Origin: Octopus bimaculoides | Lineage: Eukaryota | Direction of reading: 5' to 3' | DNA: 64,000 bases | Assembly (NCBI RefSeq): GCF_001194135.2 | Contig: NC_068981.1 | Location: 60,586,879 to 60,650,878, forward strand | Shown here: positions 26,045-39,914 of the stretch, one piece after another | Numbering within the stretch: the stretch's first letter is position 1 | Layout: every line of letters starts with the position of its first letter | Notes under the pieces: generated by a model | What the model saw: only the letters and a program-made list of their open reading frames with translations | Database searches by the model: none | Told to the model about the DNA's origin: nothing | Translations under genes and position numbers: made by a program

Positions 26045-26419
26045 CGTGCGTATTTACAAACGCATTTATTTAAGTATTCATACACAGTAAGTTAAAATAT
26101 AGATGTATGAATGCGTGTGAGTGTGTAAGTATGCGAGCTGGCATTTATGTTTCTGCATGTAAGTAGATACCCGATTAAATGCTGGGAGTGCCACATTATA
26201 AATGAAGTGGTCAGTATTAAAGAGGTGGTTAATAAATTTTAAAATGGAATTAAAATTAGTTTTATTTATGAAGGCGAAAATGTCATTCATTATCCTAGTT
26301 ATAATTTTGCTGGCTTATTCGGTAATGTTCGGTTCTAAATCAATAATAGAAATATCGTTACATGTATACACACATACCCACAGACATAGGCAGACAGACA
26401 CACACATACGTACACACAG

Positions 26420-26456
<37 letters not shown>

Positions 26457-28604
26457 CACATACATACATACATACATACATGCATACATACATACATACA
26501 TACATACATACATAACTATCTATATTTATTCAAATTTGACCTTTTATAATATATGTTAAAGATCAGCTCAGGCAACTATTTTAAATTGTNNNNNNNNNNN
26601 NNNNNNNNNNNNNNNNNNNNNNNNNNNNNNNNNNNNNNNNNNNNNNNNNNNNNNNNNNNNNNNNNNNNNNNNNNNNNNNNNNNNNNNNNNNNNNNNNNNN
26701 NNNNNNNNNNNNNNNNNNNNNNNNNNNNNNNNNNNNNNNNNNNNNNNNNNNNNNNNNNNNNNNNNNNNNNNNNNNNNNNNNNNNNNNNNNNNNNNNNNNN
26801 NNNNNNNNNNNNNNNNNNNNNNNNNNNNNNNNNNNNNNNNNNNNNNNNNNNNNNNNNNNNNNNNNNNNNNNNNNNNNNNNNNNNNNNNNNNNNNNNNNNN
26901 NNNNNNNNNNNNNNNNNNNNNNNNNNNNNNNNNNNNNNNNNNNNNNNNNNNNNNNNNNNNNNNNNNNNNNNNNNNNNNNNNNNNNNNNNNNNNNNNNNNN
27001 NNNNNNNNNNNNNNNNNNNNNNNNNNNNNNNNNNNNNNNNNNNNNNNNNNNNNNNNNNNNNNNNNNNNNNNNNNNNNNNNNNNNNNNNNNNNNNNNNNNN
27101 NNNNNNNNNNNNNNNNNNNNNNNNNNNNNNNNNNNNNNNNNNNNNNNNNNNNNNNNNNNNNNNNNNNNNNNNNNNNNNNNNNNNNNNNNNNNNNNNNNNN
27201 NNNNNNNNNNNNNNNNNNNNNNNNNNNNNNNNNNNNNNNNNNNNNNNNNNNNNNNNNNNNNNNNNNNNNNNNNNNNNNNNNNNNNNNNNNNNNNNNNNNN
27301 NNNNNNNNNNNNNNNNNNNNNNNNNNNNNNNNNNNNNNNNNNNNNNNNNNNNNNNNNNNNNNNNNNNNNNNNNNNNNNNNNNNNNNNNNNNNNNNNNNNN
27401 NNNNNNNNNNNNNNNNNNNNNNNNNNNNNNNNNNNNNNNNNNNNNNNNNNNNNNNNNNNNNNNNNNNNNNNNNNNNNNNTATATATATATATATATTTCT
27501 GTATTCATGTATGTGTCTGATATATTTTGCTTTCTACAAAATGTGACATGTTAAACTTATACTACTACCTCTAAGATAATGCGAACACAATGCTATTGAA
27601 TTGTAGAATAGGAATTTTACATGGTTCAATGCCTCATATTGATTTCCATTGGGAATTTTTGGAATGATATAGCATTAGGAAACTTCGTATGTTTTATAGT
27701 CTTCATGTCTGGTGTGTTTCTGTAAAACAAGTTGTTTATTTTTTTCGTATCGTATTTTTAGTTTCTTTCCTTTTTTCATTTGCGATTTAGCATAAAAAAT
27801 ATTTAGTATTTCGAGATATTTTGGGGGATGTATTTATGCATATGTGTGTGTATATGTTGCATGTTTCTTGTGTGAGTCGATGATATTGATGTGTAGCATA
27901 CTGGAAGCAAATTGTGGCTGTGGAATCAGATTTCATATGTCTTCCTTCTTATAGGTTTGTAAATTTATGTATGTTTATATGTAAGAGTAGGGAATGTGAT
28001 TGGCTCTTCAAGAATTACAAAAACAGAAAAAAACAATACAAAACGAATTTGAAGTACGCTTGGAGGTGGAGAGCGGTCAGACAGGGACAATTATCAGTAA
28101 AATTTAAGGTCAAGACTGGTAGGTTTTGAAAGTATATTGGAAAAAGCGTATAGCATAATATATACGTAAGTATATCCATTACGAATGGTAATTTAGTAAA
28201 ATGCGTACTCAAGGATTCACAGGATAACAGAATCCAGGATTGAAGTAAATTTGATTGTGAAGCCAAATCATTAATTCTCTTTTATATAATTTAAAACAAA
28301 ACTTGAAGTTACAAAGTTAAAATGCGGGTGTCCCAACAACTGCTTGTGAGTAGCTAAGTAAGTGCAAGTGAAAATATTCAGGGTTGATAGTTGTAGGTAG
28401 TTTTAATGTTAGAGAGAAAAAATAATAAAAAACCGAAAACATTTAATACAACATATGCTTTCTCGGGAAAAGTATAGGATCTGAATCCTAGAGTTGATAA
28501 AGATGGGTAATACACGATCGCTGATAGACTGGACAAAGAAAATATATTTCGAAAGGTTTAAGATATTTGAATGAATGTATATTGTAGTGGTCGTGGGTAT
28601 ATGT

Positions 28605-28800
28605 GAAGGATTGTGGCTCAGTAGTTGAGTTATTAGGCTTACGATCCTTGAGAAAGGCACTTTATTTTATGTTGCTCCAGTCCACCTGTATTACCTCTAT
28701 TTCAAAGGACCAGCCTTGTAACATTCTGTGTCACGCTGAAACTCCCTCAGAACTACGTTAATTTCACTTGCACGTTAATTTCACTTGCACGTTAATTTGC
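28605..28800 (+). mobile_element. Diverged tRNA-derived SINE (family 3-like) with a short 17-bp tandem at its end
   Basis: gtggctcagtagtt head, and ttgctccagtccac similar to the 59615 copy. Confidence 0.5.
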
Positions 28801-29182
28801 AGAGCAGCCAAGTGAGTACGTATTGATGTGACTCATTGATGTGATCGTGCGTGAATATGTAGGTGCACACAATATGCATATTGATTGGTGCAAATTAAAA
28901 CATATTTAACCATTCTTATGCTTGGTACGATATACCCGCATTTAACTTATCTTGTTATAAATAGAGATGTGAAATCCTTGAGGTAACGAAGGGTATTTAT
29001 GTCATCTCTCGAGCTACAAGTTATGTCAAACCCAAACAACTCCTTAAAAATAAGATCCAACAGTCCTCAATAGAGAGCTTATCGGCTATTTTATTTCGTA
29101 ATATACGATTTCTAAGAAACAGAATATGAAATCTTTACTTCTACGTATAGATCTCGCTCGATCCCCATTCATGGGAAGACAA

Positions 29183-29322
<140 letters not shown>

Positions 29323-29854
29323 TCGTTGCGGTTTTGTACGAAGCCAGCAATTTTGAGGGGAGAGGGCAAGTCGATTACATCGAGCCCAGTTCATGACACT
29401 ATACATCTGAAGGATGAATGGCAAAGTCGACCAGAGCTAAATTCAAATACAAAACATCCTTCAATACACGTTATCAATATGCTGACTGGTTTACCCAAGT
29501 TCAAAAAGAGACGATTTTAAGAATGTCGAACACAGGAATAGTTTCTAGTTTTCAGGAGTTCATTTTGACAGTTTTATTTCTCACAACACTGTATAACCTA
29601 TGTGAGATTCATTGATTAGAATTACTTCACAAATGATTTTTTTTTTCAAATTTGAGTGCAAAAGCATAACTCTACTGATGATATCAAAAACTACAACACA
29701 TGATGAAGTTCTCGAGTACTTTTTAAGTGACGTGATTACATACATATATACATACATATATATATATATATGTATGTATATATGCATGTATACATGTATC
29801 TATCTATCCATTTTTATTGGTACATATACACACGAGTCCTTGTGCATGTGTGTG

Positions 29855-29887
<33 letters not shown>

Positions 29888-31349
29888 AATAGATTAACAA
29901 CTTTCCAAACCAATTCATAACAAATAACCATTGGGATAGCTGGTGTTTCTCAACCCATCCCCAGTTTCAAGGTTCTTTCCACAGAATATATCGACAGGAA
30001 AACTATTCCTTTTGTACGTGCATTAAAATTCGTCCACTCCGCATGTCCTTCGCTGTGTAAGCATTAGATAGCTTGCTGACTGAATGACCCTTCATATTCA
30101 GCATGCCTATGAAGCCTTTAATTATACTCAAATTTTGCGTACAATAGTGATATTTTTTCTCTACTGTGTGAAACAACACATTCTCTCAGTTCCTTTTTAC
30201 ATATATGGCTGTTTTTACAACAAAATGTAGATTGATAAAACGTACCTGTGATTAATTCCTCGTCTCATTTTAACTTAAATAGAGCTCTTGAGTTAAGAAG
30301 AGGACGTAAAACTTGTCCTTCGAACTGCAAGAAATAACAGCCAAATCTCTCAGAAAACACCTCCTATTCCCTGACAAAGGTGTAGTTCTATATATACAAT
30401 ACTGCAGACTGGTAATAACTAAAACACTAATCGTCATATGTCTGCTTTATTAGAGCTGATCTCTGGATAAACAACACCAAAATAAAGAACACTGTAGCAT
30501 AATATTTATAAAGGATTTATTTTTATCTTTTTCTTTTCGTAATTATTTCCTTATCTTTAGTCTAGCTTTCTTAGCATGTTTAAGCATTCCAGTTCTAATA
30601 GAGTTTGTTAAATACTAAAGATTACTGCCATCCACTCAGCTAAGTGACCATAAATCCAAATGAATATCTAGTTGAAGCTAAAATTTCATCGGAACCTCAC
30701 AGATTTTTTTTGTTACGTTACCTTAAATTTAAACATACAAACGCAGGAAGCGACATGTTTTATCTATTTTAAATTGACATCATTTGAAAATAGCTTGTTT
30801 GGAACATAATTATTTATTTAGAAGCCTAACTAAAACGCTGTTTTCATTTTGTCCGTCAAAATTCTTTGCGGATACAAAGTTACGTCTCTTCATTATCTGA
30901 GTTTAAATCCAAATGAGATCAACTTTGCCTCTACAGCATATCACCTCTACGGCATATTTAAAATAAACAACCAGTTTGGTACAGGGTTTCATGGTCTTGA
31001 ATCGTTCCCTTTCCCTCCTCTCGAATTTGCTGGCCTTGAAATTATAGAATTACTTTAAACAGTAACAACTATAAAACTTAATGAAGGCAAAAGTAAATCT
31101 CATTTGGAAGACATTTTCTTTGAAAAATCTTTATGCAAGAATATGACTAATAATCTTTCTTCTCTACTGCGTAGAATCAATTTGATAAATTTTGGATTTG
31201 TTTTTATTGTGCAAACCATGAAAAAGATAAAATTAACAATGACCAGAGAAGTCTATGAAAACATTGTTCCCATAACATTTGTGATTGTTTTTTGCATTGT
31301 AGGAATATATTGTAATTGCCATACGCTATCAATCAGTGTAAAGTACAAT

Positions 31350-33060
31350 CCTTTGGTGTGTGATTATCACAATAGATTATTAAATCATTGTTCCCATTAT
31401 ACAATTTCAGCAATTGGTGATCAGTTAACCCTTACACAGGCAGAATTTAATTTATTGTTCTGATACTATTTTCTCACAAAAAATTATGTGTTGTGAAATA
31501 TGGTAGTCATTTCCAGATAAAGGATTTGAAAGTAGTATATATCTCAAGCTGAGATTATAAAGAAAACAACCAGTTTTCCTCTTCTGTACATCTTTTAATA
31601 TGTCATGTGTTCAGAAGGAGTGAGCTGGCAGAATCGTTTCGCGCCGGAGAAAATGCTAGGCATAATTTCCTCCGTCTTTATGTTCTGAATTCAAATTCCG
31701 CCGAAGTTGACTTTGCATTTCATTCTTTCGGGCTCTATAACATAAGAACCAGTCGAGCACTGGGATCGATGAAGTCGATTGACTCACTCCACTGAAATTA
31801 CTGGCCACGTGCTAGAATGTGAAATCAATATGTTATACCTTCAAGAAATTCTAGTTGAAGATCTGAAAGAACAATCGTGATAGTCCAGGCAAGTGTATTT
31901 TGTATGAAACTTTTGAAAAATATCATAACAATTCTAACTATAAAGTAATGAACATGACATTAGGAGATTTAAAAGGAAATAGACCAATTTGCCTCTTCAT
32001 TATATTTTTTAGTGCAAAGAAAATAGTCACATTTTTTTTTTAAATGGAAATAAAAACAAAAATGGTTTATTTGTGCTCAAAAGCATTCACAGCAGAATAA
32101 GTGTCGACTATAACTTCAGATTGACACTGAGCTCGCAAAGATGCGTTCTTAATTTAGCTAAGAATCTTGCTCACCCCAAATACTCACCGTTAGCAGCTTC
32201 TGGTTGAGCATGTTGAAAAGGCGATGATTGAACGCATAGAACTGAATATAATTCATTATTTTTATAACTTGTTCTAATATATATGACAGAACCAAATTTT
32301 TCTAGCAAGTGTCTACTGATGAATAATGCGATGACATAAAAGTAATGAAACACTATGCGTTTTGTATATTTCATGTTGCCACAAAGTTTGTAGAGTTGTT
32401 CAAAAAAGCCTTTCTCTGCACTACATATCTTACCAACAACAGATTCATTGTTTTTTTTCTTGTTTTTTTGTCATGACTGGTTCTAATACACATAACAGAT
32501 CTAAATGTTTCTAGCAAGTGCCTGCTGATGACTGATGCAATGAAATAAAGCAATAAAACACTACACGTTTTGTACATAGCATACTGCCACAGATTTTGTA
32601 GACTTGCCCAACAAAACCTTACTCTACACTTCATATTTTACCAACTGCTGTGTTAATACATTTTTGACATTTCCAAACCCGATTGTATTTAATAAATATT
32701 TCCTCTTCCCCACCTTTTAAAAGTGGTTTTCACCGGTATTTCTTCAGAAGTTAGCATTAATTTCCCGAAAGAACAATAGCAACACCGAATTGTCAGAAAC
32801 ATCTGTCGACTCAAGATCCGGAAACATGCAAATGAAAATAACATTCCTTAATAACTGGCGCAGGATGTTGCCTCCTATTTCTTCGACACCCCTAAATAGC
32901 ATTTTAGCTGAAAGACCAATATTCTTGAATAAATCAATTTTTCTGGATATATTTCTGCAGCTGCAGGTATCAATACAATTTTGATTAATTTACTGTGAGT
33001 AATTAGTTTCTTATTTAACGCATTAGTTATTCTCAAAATAGGTTTAATTACATCTTCATT
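31350..33060 (-). mobile_element. Decayed hAT transposase (Charlie/SPIN/GTF2IRD2-type), interrupted by a SINE and carrying an internal tandem duplication
   Basis: Minus strand gives AAEIYPEKIDLFKNIGLS, DLESTDVSD, HCISHQQAL, NYIQFYAFNHRLF, FLAKLRTHLCELSVNL and DLQLEFLE. A frameshifted RLTDHQL matches the hATC region. Confidence 0.78.
31614..31830 (+). mobile_element. SINE family 1, full length, inserted in the hAT remnant
   Basis: Head aggagtgagctggcagaatcg, box B-like gaattcaaattcc, and the shared body. Confidence 0.88.
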
Positions 33061-33301
33061 ATTTACATGTATCTTAGTGAAAACAAGTATTCCAAGGAAA
33101 TATTGTTTCCAGCTTTTGTATTAGTTATACCGCAGCTTTCCGCTAAGAAGAAAACATTGTGATGAATACTTTGCTTGATATTTTCTATAAAATTTATATT
33201 CCTTTAACGCTACAATATTCTCACAGCGTTTTACATAAAATACATCATTAAAACCTCATCCTAAATTTTTTGTTCACGACGTTATAGTCCATATGTTGCA
33301 G

Positions 33302-33378
<77 letters not shown>

Positions 33379-34554
33379 CATACATGTAGAAATACTTATG
33401 ACTCTGCAGACACTCTGATAATTTAGAAAACTTTAACCTATTTCTCACCTAGAAAACCCAATCTTTCCCTTATTTGCATCCAACAGTTCCTGTTCCAAAC
33501 GGCTTACCAATCTATGAATCTCTAGTAAACCGAATGTGCTGCTGTCATGATCTATTATGAAAAGATAATCAGCTGACGGATACAGTTCATCTAGCTATGT
33601 ACCTCATCCTCTTTTTCATAATTAGAGACATAGCTTCGATCCTAATGCAGCACAGCTGCAGGAAAGTGCCAAACCTCTCTAGAAATATACACTTAGCTCC
33701 ACAAAATGTACTTACCACAACCTAGAGGCAATGCCTTCCCCATCATTTATCAGTTGTTCTGATAATCCACAATTTCCTCGATAAAGAAGACTTAAGACCA
33801 AAGTCACTTAATCTCCAAAAGGTAAGACTAAAAAAAATCTACGTGTTTCATGACTCATATTTCCTTTTTAAAAATGACAAAGTGTGAATAAAAAATGATT
33901 TGGATACTATTCTGTAAAAGCTACGATTCGTAAAATCTATGTCGCTAGTATTGCTTATCCTCAAAACAACTCATAGAAGAAATCTAACCTAAGGGATTCC
34001 CGTATTGTCTAACGATACGTGAGACTATATTATATAAAGAGACATTTTCTTTTTTAATGTTGATGGATCGTATATATAGATATACACGTTCTTATTTTCA
34101 TTAACTCGCACGGCTTAATGGAATTCCGCGGGAATTTAAAACAAGACATGAACAGTCACATTAATAAAAGACTTTAGTTGAAAGTTATAATATCTCTATC
34201 AAACAACAACCTTGTTGGAAATTATTAAGCTCAATTGATGGTATTAGCTATTTGATTCGTCGGAGACACTAAGTCACATACTGATGAGTAACATAATCCG
34301 TTTTCTCACATTTTGTTGTCTTTGCTTTCAGTGTAGTTGCTCTCATGTTAGTTCACTTGATTATATTGATGTCAAGGATTAATGTGTTAGAATCATTAAT
34401 GCGTCGTATTGACTCGTTTATTTTCTTATGAAACAAAGAGCACGAAAAATTTTGTACACCCATTATCTTTCATATACATTAACAGATGAGAAAATAATGA
34501 GAAACAACCAAAGTATGAGGCTAAATAAATAAAATCCTCTTTACGTCAGTTTTA

Positions 34555-34775
34555 TTTGCTGGAAATAACTAACTTGTCTCTATCGAAACATCCCAATATA
34601 AATAGAAACCAATTCTCATTCTAAACCACACAGTGCTGGCTGTCCTTGGAAAGGGAAGAACACATTGGAGGATATAATATTACATCGCCTAAACAGTGGA
34701 ATGGTTATGATTCGAATATATCTACTCATAGATCTGCTCAGTCAGGTTTGACCGCGCAATAAAAACAAAAAACGG
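34555..34775 (+). mobile_element. Diverged short interspersed repeat (related pieces near 30325-30480 and 36040-36090)
   Basis: Shared gaaataac.gccaaatct and catag.tctgct motifs between copies. Confidence 0.45.
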
Positions 34776-35469
34776 CAAGAAATTACATCTTTGAACTACG
34801 ATATGGATATCACATTTGGAACAGACTGATATCCGATATGATGTGTGTTTAGATCTTTATATATACACAGGACCAAGGGCAAGACTAGACCTACTAAATT
34901 TCTTTCTAATGCAAGAACACTTTCTTATCTTTTGGGCTAACAGCGAAACATTTAAGTTTTAAAATTTTACACAAAAACACACAAGGAAATGCATACACTA
35001 TGCATTGCAAATCCACATGCATATAATATACATATGCATACGCACACGAATACGTACATATATACTGGTCCCGAGGAAACTTTAAAGGCCTTGAACTATA
35101 TTTAAAATCTGTATGAAAAGCTTCGTTGTAGTCAGTATTCTCCTGCTGTTTATCGCTATAAGTAGTGACATTTTTGTAAATAAATTTAAGGCGTAAAACC
35201 AATGTCTTCAAGCCAGATCTGACAAGTGTCACATCCCTATGGTTATATTTACGTATTAGTAATCACAGAACGGAATATTTCACAGAAATATCTATGAATA
35301 ACACTTCTTTCAGTCATATATATTATGAATATATACTTAGATATATGTGTGTGTTTGCATGTTTGCGAAACGCGCGCGCACACACACACACACACATGTA
35401 TGTATGTGTGTGTATGTGTGCGCGTGTGGTTATATATTAATGTATATTTGTAAATGTACGAACAAATAT

Positions 35470-35531
35470 CAATTATCTTCATCATCGTCGTCGTCATCAT
35501 CATCATCATCATCATCATCATNNNNNNNNNN

Positions 35532-35575
<44 letters not shown>
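35470..35575. repeat. (CAT)n microsatellite with a small N gap
   Basis: Seen directly. Confidence 0.95.
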
Positions 35576-35576
<1 letters not shown>

Positions 35577-37138
35577 ATGTTCCTCTTCTATGATGGCATG
35601 TTTTACGCTCTTCTGCATGTTAATCGTCTTTATCATCTACGTTTGAAGGTCCAGCTGTACGTGATCAGATACCACCCATTTTCTCTGCACCTTCTTTTTC
35701 TACTTATATAATTCCTTCTCTCAGTTGGGGGCATACAACACATTTTCAAACAGCAATCATTGTCTAAACTTATTACGTGTTGGAAACGATTCATGGATAT
35801 TGAGTTTCTACATTATAACATATGCGTCTATATCCAGCTGCACTCCTAACTTAAAACTGCTATGTTGCTTATGCTAGTTAATATTGGACCGCAAGTATTT
35901 CGTTTTCCATCATTGTATACCGATTTTCGACTCATTAGAAACAGCAGTGATATTGCTCGAAAATATCGCTATACGTCTTGAGAAAAAGAAAGACGAACAT
36001 AGTTTTAAATACAACACATTTAAAAAGAAGTAGAGAATTTTATAGCTGGAAGGCATTTGATCATAAGATTACACGATTATAGCAGATTAGATGTAAAAAC
36101 AATAAGGAGCATATTGCATATCATTGTATAAACGTGTGTAGTGTATTGATCGCAAACAGAACAAGAATTAGATCACGCAACATTTCGTAACTTAAAAAAA
36201 ACGTGTTTACACTTGTTTCGAACTATTTTAAAAAGAAAATTCAGCATTTATGCTAAAACACGCTACTGAATCGATAGAGAATTTTACGGAAATAATTAAA
36301 TGGGTGCATCTTATGCATGCTATTTGTAGTGGTAAATTCTTTGACTCGGTCTCTGCTGGTCAACTTAATGTCCGTTTGTACATTTTGCATAATCCATCAA
36401 TATACAATATTGATTTCTATTTATCTTTCAGTACATACTGTTTAACGTCAGCATTTCATAGAATATTATTTAAGGCGAGCTCCACATACAGTACCATACC
36501 TCGCTCTTCCTTACACATTTGCACTCATTCATTTGTAAAACAACTGCAATTGCCATGAGTTCTGACTTCACAAATTCATTTCAATAAGTATAACAGAGCC
36601 CATTCTGATGTGTTTATATAGCAATGTGATATACTAAAGCACAATCGCTATACAAAACCAAGATAAAATCTTTTGCATAAACAATACTCGGCTAAAGGTG
36701 CATTGTCACATCAAATCTCAGCATGGTCAAGATATCTCATTATCACTTGTAGCAATACACACAGAGACACGCCCATACACACACACACATGCACACACAC
36801 ACAAACACACACATATACTATACTACAATATAATAGTATTTATTACAAGTTACGTTTGTAGCTGCATGTAAATTATTCTCATCCAATGGGCTATTTATGC
36901 ATATAGTAGTTTTCTTACTTGTATACCTTGTAGTATTACTGGTTATGATATACAGAACAAACTTAGGAAGAATTATGATTATCAAATGTATACATCACTT
37001 GTTCTTAACGCACTTTTCACCATTGGGATAGATTAAAACTCTGTTTTCGACGTATAATCTGCTTAACCATAAGAGATTATGAGAGTAAAATTCTAATGAA
37101 TTATGTTACAGTATACGTCGTATATATATATATACATA

Positions 37139-37238
<100 letters not shown>

Positions 37239-37368
37239 TATTTAGTGTATACTTTCAACTTTCATATTTGAATTTTTGCGTTTCAATAAGTTTTCTCTGA
37301 TTTTCCTCATTCTTGAATTTGATGGACATATTGGTGGTACGTAAGCCGACTCAAGAAAGCACAAGTGA

Positions 37369-37435
37369 GACTTTTTATTGATGTACCTGAAAAGACCCAG
37401 AACGGGTCGAAACATGTGTTGTACCCAATAAAGTC
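37369..37435 (+). ncRNA. Hammerhead-ribozyme-like relic (type I layout, core G8 lost)
   Basis: CTGAAAA-GACCC-agaac-GGGTC-GAAAC-a-tgtgt-t-GTA, with distal pairing of gactttttattg and caataaagtc. Confidence 0.45.
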
Positions 37436-37534
37436 TATTACACATTTCATCTCCTATTATACTAACACTATATATATATATATATATATTCATATATAGT
37501 GTTAGTATAATAGGAGATGAAATGTGTAATAGAC
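37433..37534. repeat. Perfect 43-bp inverted repeat with a (TA)-rich spacer
   Basis: 37433-37475 is the exact reverse complement of 37492-37534. Confidence 0.97.
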
Positions 37535-37902
37535 ATCACGCTCGAGCTGTCTTAACTGATGAGGCAACGGAAATTGCCAAAAGTAACGCTTCAGTATTAA
37601 ACATTTTCCAACGACACTTTTTGGACGATTATAATCCCTGTTATTGAATATGTTTTCTATAAGGTGCTTTAGCTACAGCATTGGAGCAGTTTACCTCTTA
37701 TTTCTAGCAATGTATCTGTTTCCTAATACCCTAGTCGCACTTAGCGNNNNNNNNNNGTGTGTGTGTGTGTGTATGTATGTATGTTTGTATGTATCAGATT
37801 CAAAAGCACCTATGTGATACTACTACGACTACTACCACTGCTACTGCTGTCTCTAGAACAACTGCGAGTAGTACTAATAATTCTGCTTCTACATCTTCAA
37901 CT

Positions 37903-38275
37903 AATGCTTTCTAATTGATGTATCAATACCAGCAGATTACAACGTTTCCCCAAAAGAAATGGAGACACTTTCAAAATACAAAGACCTGGAAACAGAGATA
38001 ACTCGAATGTAGAATCTAAAAACAGAAACAATTCCTATCATAGTAGGTGCCTTAGGTATAATAAAAAAATATTCAGACAAATATATAACAAAACACCAGG
38101 ACTCACACATATATATAACATATAGAAAATTGCACTATTGGGCACTGCACACATCGTACGCAAGACACTTTCGATACAGTAACCATAAGAGCATCACAGC
38201 AAACCACAGCACATACCCAAAGCACACACAGCTGCGCTCGGTAGTGAAGTGAAAGCACATTATAAAAAGAAACTA

Positions 38276-38279
<4 letters not shown>
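37903..38279 (+). mobile_element. Family A RLE element 3' end followed by (TAA)n to 38352
   Basis: Highly similar to 16620-16982 (tgctttctaattgatgtatcaatacca...gctgcgctcggtagtgaa). Confidence 0.93.
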
Positions 38280-38352
<73 letters not shown>

Positions 38353-38353
<1 letters not shown>

Positions 38354-38553
38354 CTTTTCGATTAGGCCTGAAATTTGAGCGGGGAATGTAAGTCAAATAC
38401 ATCGACCCAAGTGCGTAACGTGTGCCTAATTTATCGACCCCGAAAGTTTGAAAGCAAAGTCGGCTTGGTGGAATTTTAACTCAGAACGTAGTGATGTGCC
38501 AAATACTACTAAGCATTTCGTCCAGCGTACTAACGATTCTGCAAGCTTGTGGA
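38353..38553 (-). mobile_element. SINE family 1 between two (AAT)n tracts
   Basis: Reverse complement of the SINE-1 body (tttatcgaccccgaaag, aactcagaacgta, acgattctgc). Confidence 0.85.
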
Positions 38554-38555
38554 CG

Positions 38556-38641
<86 letters not shown>

Positions 38642-38644
38642 GTA

Positions 38645-38712
<68 letters not shown>

Positions 38713-38723
38713 CATAATAATAA

Positions 38724-39836
38724 AGTCGCTTCATAGTAAATACTGGGCTAAACTAAATGCAAAAGAAATAGACAGAGAAAAATCCCAGCAATGGTTGAGA
38801 NNNNNNNNNNNNNNNNNNNNNNNNNNNNNNNNNNNNNNNNNNNNNNNNNNNNNNNNNNNNNNNNNNNNNNNNNNNNNNNNNNNNNNNNNNNNNNNNNNNN
38901 NNNNNNNNNNNNNNNNNNNNNNNNNNNNNNNNNNNNNNNNNNNNNNNNNNNNNNNNNNNNNNNNNNNNNNNNNNNNNNNNNNNNNNNNNNNNNNNNNNNN
39001 NNNNNNNNNNNNNNNNNNNNNNNNNNNNNNNNNNNNNNNNNNNNNNNNNNNNNNNNNNNNNNNNNNNNNNNNNNNNNNNNNNNNNNNNNNNNNNNNNNNN
39101 NNNNNNNNNNNNNNNNNNNNNNNNNNNNNNNNNNNNNNNNNNNNNNNNNNNNNNNNNNNNNNNNNNNNNNNNNNNNNNNNNNNNNNNNNNNNNNNNNNNN
39201 NNNNNNNNNNNNNNNNNNNNNNNNNNNNNNNNNNNNNNNNNNNNNNNNNNNNNNNNNNNNNNNNNNNNNNNNNNNNNNNNNNNNNNNNNNNNNNNNNNNN
39301 NNNNNNNNNNNNNNNNNNNNNNNNNNNNNNNNNNNNNNNNNNNNNNNNNNNNNNNNNNNNNNNNNNNNNNNNNNNNNNNNNNNNNNNNNNNNNNNNNNNN
39401 NNNNNNNNNNNNNNNNNNNNNNNNNNNNNNNNNNNNNNNNNNNNNNNNNNNNNNNNNNNNNNNNNNNNNNNNNNNNNNNNNNNNNNNNNNNNNNNNNNNN
39501 NNNNNNNNNNNNNNNNNNNNNNNNNNNNNNNNNNNNNNNNNNNNNNNNNNNNNNNNNNNNNNNNNNNNNNNNNNNNNNNNNNNNNNNNNNNNNNNNNNNN
39601 NNNNNNNNNNNNNNNNNNNNNNNNNNNNNNNNNNNNNNNNNNNNNNNNNNNNNNNNNNNNNNNNNNNNNNNNNNNNNNNNNNNNNNNNNNNNNNNNNNNN
39701 NNNNNNNNNNNNNNNNNNNNNNNNNNNNNNNNNNNNNNNNNNNNNNNNNNNNNNNNNNNCAAACCACAGCTCATACCCAAGACATACAGAGCTGCGCTCG
39801 GTAGTGAAGTGAAAGCACGCTATAAAAATAAAACTA

Positions 39837-39840
<4 letters not shown>
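38724..39840 (+). mobile_element. Family A RLE element (interior in N gap) between (AAT)n tracts
   Basis: 5' side SLHSKYWAKLNAKEIDREKSQQWLR and 3' UTR ...gaaagcacgctataaaaataaaactactga. (AAT)n lies at 38556-38722 and 39841-39913. Confidence 0.9.
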
Positions 39841-39914
<74 letters not shown>

